Shown here: positions 8,771-16,451 of the stretch, one piece after another
How the letters are laid out: each line of letters opens with the position of its first letter
How positions within the stretch are numbered: position 1 is the stretch's first letter
Assembly (NCBI GenBank): GCA_019635955.1
Contig: JAHBYL010000034.1
Location: 5,029-29,028 of the forward strand
Direction of reading: 5' to 3'
DNA length: 24,000 bases
Source of the DNA: Parvibaculum sp.
GTDB taxonomy: Bacteria; Pseudomonadota; Alphaproteobacteria; Parvibaculales; Parvibaculaceae
Program-made: the position numbers and the translations under genes
The notes under the pieces: model-generated
The model's input: the letters and a program-made list of their open reading frames with translations, nothing else
Database searches by the model: none
What the model was told of the DNA's origin: nothing

Positions 8771-9034
8771 CTAGCCAGATATGATCTTTTGCGAGATCAG
8801 CACCGTGAAACCCTCGAGCGCCTGCGCCATGAATGGCAGCGATATGAGCATGGTGAGGAAGATCGCGATGATCTTCGGCACGAAGACCAGCGTCATTTCC
8901 TGGACCTGCGTCAATGCCTGCAGCAGCGCAATCGCGAGGCCGACGCCGAGCGCGACGAACATCATCGGCGCCGAGACGATCAACACCACATAGATCGCCT
9001 GCTGTGCGATATCGAGTACTTCAGGTCCGCTCAT
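8771..9034 (-). CDS. fliQ: flagellar export apparatus protein FliQ
   Basis: 87-aa two-TM protein (MSGPEVLDIAQQAIYVVLIVSAPMM…LLQALTQVQEMTLVFVPKI), typical of FliQ. Confidence 0.9.
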   Translation of the reverse strand: MSGPEVLDIAQQAIYVVLIVSAPMMFVALGVGLAIALLQALTQVQEMTLVFVPKIIAIFLTMLISLPFMAQALEGFTVLISQKIISG

Positions 9035-9058
9035 TTACTGTCCGCCCCCGCCCTGCCG

Positions 9059-9382
9059 TCAGATCGGCATGCGCATGATTTCCTGATAGGCCGTGATGAC
9101 CTTGTCCCGCACGGTCACGACCGTCTGCAGCGCGGATTCGGCTTCGGCGACCGCCGTCACCACGTCCACGATATTGCCGCCGGTGCCCCCGGTAACGGCC
9201 GCCATCTGCATTTCGCTCGCCTTCGACACATTCACCGTGTCGGAGAGCGTCTGCTTCAGAATTTCTCCGAAGCCGCCGTTCGCCTGCCCCGCATTGCCGG
9301 GCTGCGGCGTTTGCGCATTGCCGCCCATGCCTGCCGCGCGGGCATAGGCATTGAGCGCCATGGATGCCGGAATGGTGGTCAT
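9059..9382 (-). CDS. fliE: flagellar hook-basal body complex protein FliE
   Basis: 107 aa. The C-terminal region …VDVVTAVAEAESALQTVVTVRDKVITAYQEIMRMPI is the FliE signature region. It follows flgC. Confidence 0.9.
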   Translation of the reverse strand: MTTIPASMALNAYARAAGMGGNAQTPQPGNAGQANGGFGEILKQTLSDTVNVSKASEMQMAAVTGGTGGNIVDVVTAVAEAESALQTVVTVRDKVITAYQEIMRMPI

Positions 9383-9392
9383 GGATCAGCCC

Positions 9393-9812
9393 CTATCGCC
9401 GCAGGATTTCGATGGTCTGCGTAATCATGCGCCGCGAAGCCTGGATGAGATTGAGGTTGGCCTCGTAGCTGCGCTGCGCCTCGCGCATGTCCATGGATTC
9501 GACCATGCTGTTGACGTTCGGCATCTTCACATAGCCGTTCTCGTCCGCGCCGGGATGACCCGGCAGATATTTGAGCTGGAAGTCCGACCTGTCGAATGTC
9601 GGCCGGCCGATCTTCACCGTCTCGGCGCCGATCTCGCGATTGAGCGCCTTCTCGAAAGTCACGACCTTGCGGCGGTAGGGATCGCCGCCGGGCACGCGCG
9701 CGGCGGAATCGGCATTGGCGATATTCTCGGCGATGATGCGCATGCGCCCGCTCTGGGCCTTGAGGCCCGAGGCGGCCACCACCATCGATTTGATAAGATC
9801 CATCGCGCTCAT
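9393..9812 (-). CDS. flgC: flagellar basal-body rod protein FlgC
   Basis: 139 aa; MSAMDLIKSMVVAASGLKAQSGRMRIIAENIANADS… and …MVESMDMREAQRSYEANLNLIQASRRM are canonical FlgC. Confidence 0.95.
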   Translation of the reverse strand: MSAMDLIKSMVVAASGLKAQSGRMRIIAENIANADSAARVPGGDPYRRKVVTFEKALNREIGAETVKIGRPTFDRSDFQLKYLPGHPGADENGYVKMPNVNSMVESMDMREAQRSYEANLNLIQASRRMITQTIEILRR

Positions 9813-9833
9813 GATGCGTCCTTTCAGCCCGGC

Positions 9834-10265
9834 TCAGTTACTGCGGCCGAGTGCAATCTTGATGAGGCCGAGGCTCTTCGTGTAGAGCCCGGTCACTGTC
9901 TGGTAGTCCAGCTGCGTCTCGGCGACCTTGATCATCTGGTCCTCGAGCACGACCGAATTGCCCGTCGGCGAGGTTTCGAAATCCGGCTTCTTGATGACTT
10001 CGCCGCCCTTCGCCTGGCCGGGCTTGAAGCCCTGGCCGGCGCCCATGGCCGGGCTGCCGATATGGGCCGCCTGCGTGGCGACCGGGCGCATGGCGGGGCC
10101 GCTGCGCTTCACCATGTCGCCGAAATCGAGCTGCTTCAGATCGCGCGCGGTATAGCCCGGCGTGTCGGCATTCGCGACGTTCTGCGCGAGCACCTGCTGG
10201 CGCGCCGCAAGCCAGTGCATGCGCTGCTTCATCATGCCGATGATGGGAAGGTCGCCGAACGCCAT
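9834..10265 (-). CDS. flgB: flagellar basal-body rod protein FlgB
   Basis: MAFGDLPIIGMMKQRMHWLAARQQVLAQNVANADTPGYTARDL… is the rod-protein N-terminal motif. I prefer the ATG at 10265, which is preceded by GGGAG about 9 nt upstream, over the GTG at 10334 used by the track ORF (9834..10334). Confidence 0.9.
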   Translation of the reverse strand: MAFGDLPIIGMMKQRMHWLAARQQVLAQNVANADTPGYTARDLKQLDFGDMVKRSGPAMRPVATQAAHIGSPAMGAGQGFKPGQAKGGEVIKKPDFETSPTGNSVVLEDQMIKVAETQLDYQTVTGLYTKSLGLIKIALGRSN

Positions 10266-10372
10266 GTTGCGTGCTCCCGCGATCCTCTCAGGCGCTGTCT
10301 TCTGGGGCGCGCGAGAAGTCCGATCCGAAGCCACGCATTCCTTGGCGGCAGGGGCAGTCTCACCATCCCGGA

Positions 10373-10389
10373 GTTAACATCGCACTAAC
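10373..10389 (-). promoter_or_regulatory. CtrA-box-like element, one mismatch, oriented toward flgB
   Basis: The minus strand reads TTAGtgcgatgTTAAC (the plus strand reads TTAAcatcgcaCTAAC), against the Caulobacter CtrA consensus TTAA-N7-TTAAC. It lies in the flgB/fliO divergent intergenic region. Confidence 0.45.
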
Positions 10390-10390
10390 G

Positions 10391-10405
10391 CGGCAAATTC
10401 TGCCG
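10391..10405. promoter_or_regulatory. perfect CGGCA-N5-TGCCG palindrome (FlbD ftr-like)
   Basis: The sequence is cggcaAATTCtgccg. It belongs to a family of four related sites in flagellar intergenic regions of this window (10391, 10478, 18232, 22899). Confidence 0.45.
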
Positions 10406-10454
10406 GGGCCCTTCATAAAGGGCTAACCAGCCAAACCCCCGAATTCTCTGGCCT

Positions 10455-10469
10455 TTAACCCGGCATTAA
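10455..10469 (+). promoter_or_regulatory. TTAA-N7-TTAA CtrA-type box upstream of fliO-fliP
   Basis: TTAAcccggcaTTAA(g) lies 70-85 bp upstream of the fliO ATG. Confidence 0.5.
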
Positions 10470-10477
10470 GGCTGACG

Positions 10478-10492
10478 CGGCAAATTCTTCCC
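10478..10492. promoter_or_regulatory. degenerate copy of the CGGCA-N5-TGCCG element
   Basis: The sequence is cggcaAATTCttccc, with two mismatches in the right arm. It sits inside a 14/14 direct repeat, acgcggcaaattct, found at 10388-10401 and 10475-10488. Confidence 0.3.
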
Positions 10493-10539
10493 GTTCCGGG
10501 CCGTCGGGCGGCGGCCTTCTGGGTGGGAAGCAAGTCAAA

Positions 10540-10917
10540 ATGGACTTCTCTGAAATCTTCCGCTTCGTGGCGGCGCTGGCCTTCATCATCGGCCTGATCG
10601 GCCTTTGCGCCATGGTCGCGAAGCGCTTCGGCCTCGCGCCGGGCATCACGTCGGCGGGCGCAAACCGCCGCGTCGGTATTGTCGAGGTAAGGCCGGTCGA
10701 TGCGAAACATCGCCTGCTTCTCATCCGCCGCGACGGCAAGGAACATCTGGTTCTGATCGGCGGCGAACATCCGCTGCTCATCGAAAGCGGCATCGACGCA
10801 CCCGCGGCGCCTGCGGCCGCGACGGAAACCGATGCGCCGCGTCCGGCTTTCACCGGTCCTGCCCATATCGTTCAGCTTCAGCGTTTCGTCGAATACATCA
10901 AGGAGCGCCGCGCGTGA
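10540..10917 (+). CDS. fliO: flagellar biosynthesis protein FliO
   Basis: 125 aa. It has a single N-terminal TM segment (FRFVAALAFIIGLIGLCAMV), then RRVGIVEVRPVDAKHRLLLIRRDGKEHLVLIGG, the FliO-family core. Its stop overlaps the fliP GTG (GTGA). Confidence 0.75.
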   Translation: MDFSEIFRFVAALAFIIGLIGLCAMVAKRFGLAPGITSAGANRRVGIVEVRPVDAKHRLLLIRRDGKEHLVLIGGEHPLLIESGIDAPAAPAAATETDAPRPAFTGPAHIVQLQRFVEYIKERRA

Positions 10918-11696
10918 TCAGCCTCTCCTCCATCGCGTCCCGCCTGTCCGTGCCGCCCTCCTTGAAGCGCGGCGCGGCGATGCTCGCGCTCACGCTGGTA
11001 TTCATGGGTCTCGCTCTGCCGGCAGACGCCCAGTCCATTCAGATCGACATGACGGAAGGCCTCGGCCTCACCGAACGTGTCGTCCAGATCGTCGCGCTCA
11101 TCACCATCCTGAGCCTCGCGCCGTCGATCCTGATCATGGTCACGTCCTTCGTGCGGATCATCGTGGTGCTCGGCCTCCTGCGCACGGCGCTCGGCATGCA
11201 GCAATCGCCGCCCAACGCGGTGCTGGTGAGCCTCGCGCTCTTCCTCACGGCTTTCGTGATGATGCCCACCTTCACCGCCGCCTATCAGCAGGGCATCGAG
11301 CCGCTCATCAACGAGGAAATCGATACGGGCGAAGCCTTCACGCTGACCAGCGGGCCCTTCAAGACCTTCATGCTCTCCCAGGTCCGCAAGGAAGACCTCA
11401 AGCTCTTCGTCGACCTGTCGGGCATCGAGGAACCGGAAGAGCCGGAGGAGATCGGTCTTCAGGTGCTGGTGCCCGCCTTCATGATCAGCGAGCTGCGCCG
11501 CGCCTTTGAAATCGGCTTCCTGGTCTTCCTGCCCTTCATCGTGATCGACATGGTGGTGGCCTCCGTCCTCATGTCGATGGGCATGATGATGCTGCCGCCG
11601 ATCATCATATCGCTACCCTTCAAGCTCATATTCTTCGTGCTGGTGGACGGCTGGTCGCTGATCGCGGGAAGCCTCGTCCAGAGCTTCGGCACGTGA
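10914..11696 (+). CDS. fliP: flagellar export apparatus protein FliP
   Basis: Within track ORF 10605..11696, the FliP-like part begins at GTG 10914 (…AMLALTLVFMGLALPADAQ signal). It continues …VVQIVALITILSLAPSILIMVTSFVRIIVVLGLLRTALGMQQSPPN…MMLPPIIISLPFKLIFFVLVDGW. An alternative start is the ATG near 10980. Confidence 0.93.
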   Translation: MISLSSIASRLSVPPSLKRGAAMLALTLVFMGLALPADAQSIQIDMTEGLGLTERVVQIVALITILSLAPSILIMVTSFVRIIVVLGLLRTALGMQQSPPNAVLVSLALFLTAFVMMPTFTAAYQQGIEPLINEEIDTGEAFTLTSGPFKTFMLSQVRKEDLKLFVDLSGIEEPEEPEEIGLQVLVPAFMISELRRAFEIGFLVFLPFIVIDMVVASVLMSMGMMMLPPIIISLPFKLIFFVLVDGWSLIAGSLVQSFGT

Positions 11697-11732
11697 CGGC
11701 GGCGCGGCGCGCGCCCCTCACGGCCTCTCCGG

Positions 11733-14700
11733 TCAGTTGATCGCCGTCACTTCGTTGATCTTCAACGCGGCGATGAAACGGTCCAGCGTATCGATTGAGG
11801 CGACCCGGCTCGCCATGTCGCGGAAGGCGACGCCCTGCTTCACGATCGGTTCCGTGACCACGGCAAAGGCTTCGGCATCCGGGCTGCCGGCCATCGTTTC
11901 GCCGAACATGATCCGGAAACGGGCAAGCCCTTCTTCATCCTCCGCCAGCGAATAGGCTATGGCGCCGCGCATGATGAGCAGCCGTTCTTCACTGCTCGGC
12001 GGCTCGCCGCTCTTCCACCTCTCGCTGAGCGCCGTCTCGATGGCGGCACCTGCATCCGCCCAGCGCCCCGCGCTCCACAGCGTATCGGCCCGCAACCTGT
12101 CCACAAGCGGACCTTCCTTGCCCTCGATCAGGTCGAGCGCATGGTCGAATTGCTTGAGATCGGACAGCGCCCGCGCCTCGAGCAGCATCCGCCGTTCGGC
12201 CAGCGCTTCCGGCAGCAGGTTCTGCCGCGTCGCCCGGAGTGCCGCCAGCGCCCGGTCGGGCTTGTGATCGGTCAGGAAGATCGAGGCAAGCCGAGCCGCC
12301 ACCTGCGCCTTGGCAACGCCGCCATGCAGGCGGTTCGCCACCTGATAGTCGAGCAGATGCGCCGCCTGCTCCAGCAGGTCGACTTCCACCAGCCGCTCCG
12401 CCAGATCGCGGATCAGCTCGTCGCCCCGCTGGCCGATTGGCGTCAGCTCCTTGAACGCCTCGAAAAAGGCAAGCGCCTGAACGGGCGTCAGGTCGTCGAT
12501 CGACTTGCTGAGGAAATAATCGGCGAAGATTTCCGACATCCGCATGTTCATGCGATGCGCTTCGTCGCTGTCGGGAAAATTGTCGGTCGCGGTGCGCATC
12601 ACCTTCAGCGCCTCGCCGACCTTGCCTTCGGAAAGCCGCACCGCCGCAAGCTGCGTCAGGATATCGAGCTCGAGATCGTCGCCGCGCCAGGCATAGCGCA
12701 GGCTTTCGAGTTCCTTGCCGAAGGCCTCGTCGTCCATTTCGCCCGCGCGATGGAGCATCTGCGCCTTGCCGAAGCGCGCCCGCGCGGCGACCGGCGGATA
12801 ACCGCCTTCGATTGCGGCGTCGTAATAGACGAGCGCCCTGTCCTTGCGGTCATGCGCATCCGCGATCATCGCATTCACGAGCACGATCTGCGCATGGGCG
12901 CGCTGGCTCTGCGGTTCGCGCGGAAATCCGGCCGCATATTGTTCGGCGGCGGCAATGTCCTTCGTCTTGAGCGCGGCGATGGCGGCAAGCGAGCGGAATT
13001 CGGTCTGCAGCTCCTCGCCGAATGAATCGGAAATCGCACCTGCAAGTGCGAACTGCGCCCGCGCCTCGTCCCAATGGCCGAGCGAGGCGCGCGAAAGACC
13101 GCGCCATGCCGCCGCATGAGGCGAATTGTCGAGACCGGGGCCCGAAAGCTCGCGGATCGCCTCGACATGACGGCCGCTCAGCGCGGAGGAAACGCCGAGC
13201 GCCGCCTGAAAGGCTGGATCCGTTGCGAAGCGGAGATTGACCTGCCGCGCGGCAAGCAGCATCGCCCTCGCCTCCGGCGCAAGCCCATAGGCAAGCAGGA
13301 AGCGGCCATAGGCGAACCGGAGATCGCCGATCTCCTGCTCGCGCGCGCCCGCGAGCGCCGAAATGTAATGCTGGCGCCGGTCGTAATAGGTCTCGCCGGG
13401 CGCTTCGCGCCACTCGGCGAAGCGCATTTCGGCGGGCGAGGCCTGATCCACAAGCGGCGTCTCGCTTCCGTCCCGTCCGTCGCGGTGATCGTCCGCCGAG
13501 AGGGTAAGTCCGTCGACCCTTGTCACGATGACGCTGTCCGGCGCCGCCGCCACATTGAGATCGTCCGCCACCGGCACGATGGCCACGCCCTGCGCCGTTC
13601 TGAGCGCCTGGAACTCGACAAAGCTCCGCGGCATCTGCATCGCCTGTCCGGGGCCGATGGCTGTCACGGCGATGATATCGTCGCCGACCAGCGGATCGCG
13701 CACACGCAGCACCTTGCGCGGCGTGCGCAGGTCGAATTCGACAAGGCCGCGCCCATCGTCGCGCCACTTGCGGGAGATACCGATCGGCCTCCCGGTCGTC
13801 GGCAGCGTCTCGCCGGCCGAGATGCGCCAGCTCGCGCCTTCGTTGACGGCGCCGGTCAGCACACGGCCCTTCAGCGCAACGGTAAGCGCCACGCCTTCAT
13901 CGAGCTCGATCGCCTCGACGGCGCCCGCGAACGGACCTTCCGCCGGATCGGGAGCACCCGCCTGCGAAAGATCGACCGGCAGCGCGCGGTCGAAAATCAT
14001 CCAGAGCCGGTCCGCGCGCTCGAACACCGCGGCGCCGACGGGCTCCGGCCAGTCGACGAGAATATCCTTGCCATTGCGGCCATCGGCGAAACGCACCACC
14101 GCTTTGCCGGCGGGGCGCTTGCCTTCAGGCACCGGGCCGGCGGCGGCTTCGGGCTGTTCGGCCGGAGCCGCCTCCTCGGCGACCTTCGGCGCTTCCTCGG
14201 CGTCCGCCTCACGCGCCGCGGGCTCTTCCGCCGCCGGCGGCGTGATCTGCCGGGGCTCGCCCGCGCGCGCTGCGCTCTCCGGCCCGACGGCAGAAGCCGA
14301 ATGCAAAGGCTTTATGTCGAGAACGACGCTCAGGTCCTCGCGGAAATCGGAAACGGCAACGCCGGGCTTCAGCGTCAGCACGATCGCGAGACGTCCCTCA
14401 TGCTCCACCGCATTGATGCCCGCAAGGAACGGAGGAAGATCGGCCCGCAGCCGCGACAGATCGACCTTCGACGAACGGTCGAAGGTGATGGTGGCAAGGC
14501 CCTCGCGGTTCACCAGCGAATAGAGAACCGGCTGGTTCCAGTCGAACACGAGCCGCGTCATCTCCGGCAATGTCGCCGCGCGGACGACGAGGCCGGGCGG
14601 CGGCGCATCCGGCTCGACGATGCCCTGCGCCTTCGCGGCCATCTCCGCCGCGTCCGCTGCCTTCTTCGCCAGCCGCGCCTCTTCGATCCGCGCCAGCACC

Positions 14701-15179
14701 TCGGCGGGCAGCGGCGGCGGGGCGCCGGTCCAGCCGGGCGGCAGCAGGTCGACATAGACGGCGTTCTCCGCCGTCTTGGTATCGAGCGTGAAATCTGTAG
14801 TCAGCGCGGCGCGGATGTTGCGGCGGTCCTCGGACTGTCGGATCATCGCGAAATAGCGCGGCATCTCGCGCAGGAATGTGTCGCTGTCGATCTGCACGGC
14901 GCGCCCGAACTCGAGCACGAGCACACCTGAATTGACCGAGGCGCGATGCGAGGGAATACCGCCCGGGAAGGTGAAGATCAGACGGCCATAGCCGTCCTCC
15001 TCCCGCAATTCGACGCGCGTGTCGTTCGCGCTTGCCGGCTGCGAAAGGATCGTCAGCATCAGGAGGAAAGCGAACGCGGCAAATACCGCCAAGCGGCCGA
15101 ATATGCCGATTGTGTCGTCCGGACAACGATGTCGGATGAGCCGGTTCACGCGCTGCGCCCCTGAAGCTTCTGCCTGCAA
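11733..15179 (-). CDS. large secreted protein of unknown function: signal peptide, three or four AMIN-like beta-rich modules, a Pro/Ala/Glu-rich linker and a long TPR-like alpha-helical C-terminal half
   Basis: 1148-codon ORF with a coding-like composition; the antisense ORFs over it are Arg/Gly-rich shadows. The N-terminus …GRLAVFAAFAFLLMLTILSQPASA/ND looks like a Sec signal with an AxA cleavage site. Repeated modules are RVELREEDGYGRLIFTFPG…VYVDLLP, LVVRAATLPEMTRLVFDWNQPVLYSL…VVLDIKP and AVVRFADGRNGKDILVDWPEPV…. The C-terminal ~500 aa are helical repeats rich in A/L/R. The start is uncertain: TTG 15179 or GTG 15149. Confidence 0.8.
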   Translation of the reverse strand: MQAEASGAQRVNRLIRHRCPDDTIGIFGRLAVFAAFAFLLMLTILSQPASANDTRVELREEDGYGRLIFTFPGGIPSHRASVNSGVLVLEFGRAVQIDSDTFLREMPRYFAMIRQSEDRRNIRAALTTDFTLDTKTAENAVYVDLLPPGWTGAPPPLPAEVLARIEEARLAKKAADAAEMAAKAQGIVEPDAPPPGLVVRAATLPEMTRLVFDWNQPVLYSLVNREGLATITFDRSSKVDLSRLRADLPPFLAGINAVEHEGRLAIVLTLKPGVAVSDFREDLSVVLDIKPLHSASAVGPESAARAGEPRQITPPAAEEPAAREADAEEAPKVAEEAAPAEQPEAAAGPVPEGKRPAGKAVVRFADGRNGKDILVDWPEPVGAAVFERADRLWMIFDRALPVDLSQAGAPDPAEGPFAGAVEAIELDEGVALTVALKGRVLTGAVNEGASWRISAGETLPTTGRPIGISRKWRDDGRGLVEFDLRTPRKVLRVRDPLVGDDIIAVTAIGPGQAMQMPRSFVEFQALRTAQGVAIVPVADDLNVAAAPDSVIVTRVDGLTLSADDHRDGRDGSETPLVDQASPAEMRFAEWREAPGETYYDRRQHYISALAGAREQEIGDLRFAYGRFLLAYGLAPEARAMLLAARQVNLRFATDPAFQAALGVSSALSGRHVEAIRELSGPGLDNSPHAAAWRGLSRASLGHWDEARAQFALAGAISDSFGEELQTEFRSLAAIAALKTKDIAAAEQYAAGFPREPQSQRAHAQIVLVNAMIADAHDRKDRALVYYDAAIEGGYPPVAARARFGKAQMLHRAGEMDDEAFGKELESLRYAWRGDDLELDILTQLAAVRLSEGKVGEALKVMRTATDNFPDSDEAHRMNMRMSEIFADYFLSKSIDDLTPVQALAFFEAFKELTPIGQRGDELIRDLAERLVEVDLLEQAAHLLDYQVANRLHGGVAKAQVAARLASIFLTDHKPDRALAALRATRQNLLPEALAERRMLLEARALSDLKQFDHALDLIEGKEGPLVDRLRADTLWSAGRWADAGAAIETALSERWKSGEPPSSEERLLIMRGAIAYSLAEDEEGLARFRIMFGETMAGSPDAEAFAVVTEPIVKQGVAFRDMASRVASIDTLDRFIAALKINEVTAIN

Positions 15180-15225
15180 AATCGCGGCCTTCTGCCGCTG
15201 CGAGAAGCCAGTCTAGGTGGGGCCG

Positions 15226-15241
15226 GTTAAGTGGGCCTTAA
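15226..15241 (-). promoter_or_regulatory. perfect CtrA box TTAA-N7-TTAAC upstream of the giant ORF
   Basis: The minus strand reads TTAAggcccacTTAAC. It sits in the 83-bp gap between the motE-like stop (15263) and the giant ORF start, 47-77 bp upstream of the candidate starts. Confidence 0.55.
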
Positions 15242-15262
15242 AGCCCGGCATTTTTGCGCGGA

Positions 15263-16006
15263 TTAGCTGGCCTTTTCGGCATTGCGAAAGGCCGGATCGG
15301 CCGAAGCGTCAGCACCCTGGGGAGCCGCCGCCGGTTCGGCGTTCAGATTCGTGCCGAGCGCAAGCTCCACCGTCAGGTCCTGAGCGGCCACGGGGTCCAT
15401 TTCCGACAGCACGCTTGCGAGCTTCCGGGGCTGCATGCGCTTGGCCACCTCGATCAGCACGCCCATGTCGAGCCGCTCGAAGATCCGCGCCGCGTCCTTC
15501 GGCTTCATGGTCTCGTACATCGTGACCACGCCCGCGAGACGAGCCTCGTTTTCCGCGTCCTGCTCGCCAATGCGTGTGCCGATGCGGGACTCGATCTCTT
15601 TCAGTTCCGCGATGCGCTCCTCGATCCGCTTTTCGGCGGCGGTGAGAAGCTGCTCGCGCGTATCGAGCGCCTGGGCGCGCCGGTCGAGTTCCTCGCGGCG
15701 GGCCGTAAGGCTTTCGAGAACCGTGGTTTCCGATTTGCTGAAACGCGACGTAATGCCTTCATCGGCCGGCATCGGTGCAGCCGCTTCTCCGCCTGCTGCG
15801 GCATCTTCGCCGGGCACCGCTTCGCCTTCCGGCGCGGCCTGCGTCTCCGGCTCCGCCTTCGGCGAACTTGCCTGCGCGACCGAAATCGCGTGTCCGCCCC
15901 CGCCCGCCGCAATATCGGCAAGCTTCAGCGTCAGCAGCAGCGAAGCGCAGAGAATGACGGTGGGCAGCAGCCGCAATCGGTTGAGGAAGCTCATGGCGCC
16001 GGTCAC
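15263..16006 (-). CDS. motE: MotE-family flagellar protein (MgtE_N-like C-terminal domain)
   Basis: 247 aa. It has an N-terminal signal or anchor (FLNRLRLLPTVILCASLLLTL), an acidic Pro/Ala-rich stretch and a coiled coil. The C-terminus VVTMYETMKPKDAARIFERLDMGVLIEVAKRMQPRKLASVLSEMDPVAAQDLTVEL resembles the MotE/FlbB family. The start is GTG 16006 (4-nt overlap with the upstream gene) or ATG 15994. Confidence 0.7.
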   Translation of the reverse strand: MTGAMSFLNRLRLLPTVILCASLLLTLKLADIAAGGGGHAISVAQASSPKAEPETQAAPEGEAVPGEDAAAGGEAAAPMPADEGITSRFSKSETTVLESLTARREELDRRAQALDTREQLLTAAEKRIEERIAELKEIESRIGTRIGEQDAENEARLAGVVTMYETMKPKDAARIFERLDMGVLIEVAKRMQPRKLASVLSEMDPVAAQDLTVELALGTNLNAEPAAAPQGADASADPAFRNAEKAS

Positions 16007-16449
16007 CCCGACTTCTTTTTCAAGGCTTCGAGAAGCTGGCTTGCCGCCCGCGCGGCCGTGGCGGCATCGCGCGGCGAAGCGGGCCGCGCAGCCTGCCGCG
16101 CCGGAGCGGATGATGCGGACACGGGCCTGTCCGCCCGGCCCAGCCGGTCGGCAATGCTGTTGCCGGATTCGAGCATCAGCGACAATTCATCGGCAAGCCC
16201 GCGCGCCCGGCGGATTCGCTCGGCAAGTTCCTCGCCGCTCTCCTCGCTCGCACGCTTCAATCCATCGATGGCACCCACGGCGCGCTGCGTCGCTGCATTG
16301 AGCTCCGCGACGAGCTCGCGCATCCCGTCCTGTCCGGCGCGCATCGCGCGGAGCTTGCGGTCGAGAATGGCGCAGTAGGCGATGGTCGCCGCCAGAAACA
16401 GGCAGACGACGATCTCGAGCACGGTGCTGAAAGGGAGTTCGCCCAGCAT
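16003..16449 (-). CDS. small bitopic membrane protein (TM segment, coiled coil, Pro/Ala/Ser-rich tail), possibly PflI-like
   Basis: 148 aa starting MLGELPFSTVLEIVVCLFLAATIAYCAILDRKLRAMR…. It begins 2 nt after the fliM stop and overlaps the motE-like start. The upstream part of track ORF 16003..17172 is an out-of-frame read-through over fliM. The architecture matches my recollection of Caulobacter PflI, which is encoded beside fliM; that match is unverified. Confidence 0.6.
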   Translation of the reverse strand: MLGELPFSTVLEIVVCLFLAATIAYCAILDRKLRAMRAGQDGMRELVAELNAATQRAVGAIDGLKRASEESGEELAERIRRARGLADELSLMLESGNSIADRLGRADRPVSASSAPARQAARPASPRDAATAARAASQLLEALKKKSG

Positions 16450-16451
16450 GG

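Noticed and set aside
12141-14930. Several 290-620-aa ORFs on both strands inside the giant gene (for example 13074..14930 +, 12850..13767 -, 13528..14523 +)
   Set aside because: Their translations are Arg/Ala/Gly/Pro-rich shadow sequence. Only the 11733..15179 minus frame shows a signal peptide, repeated structured modules and a balanced composition.
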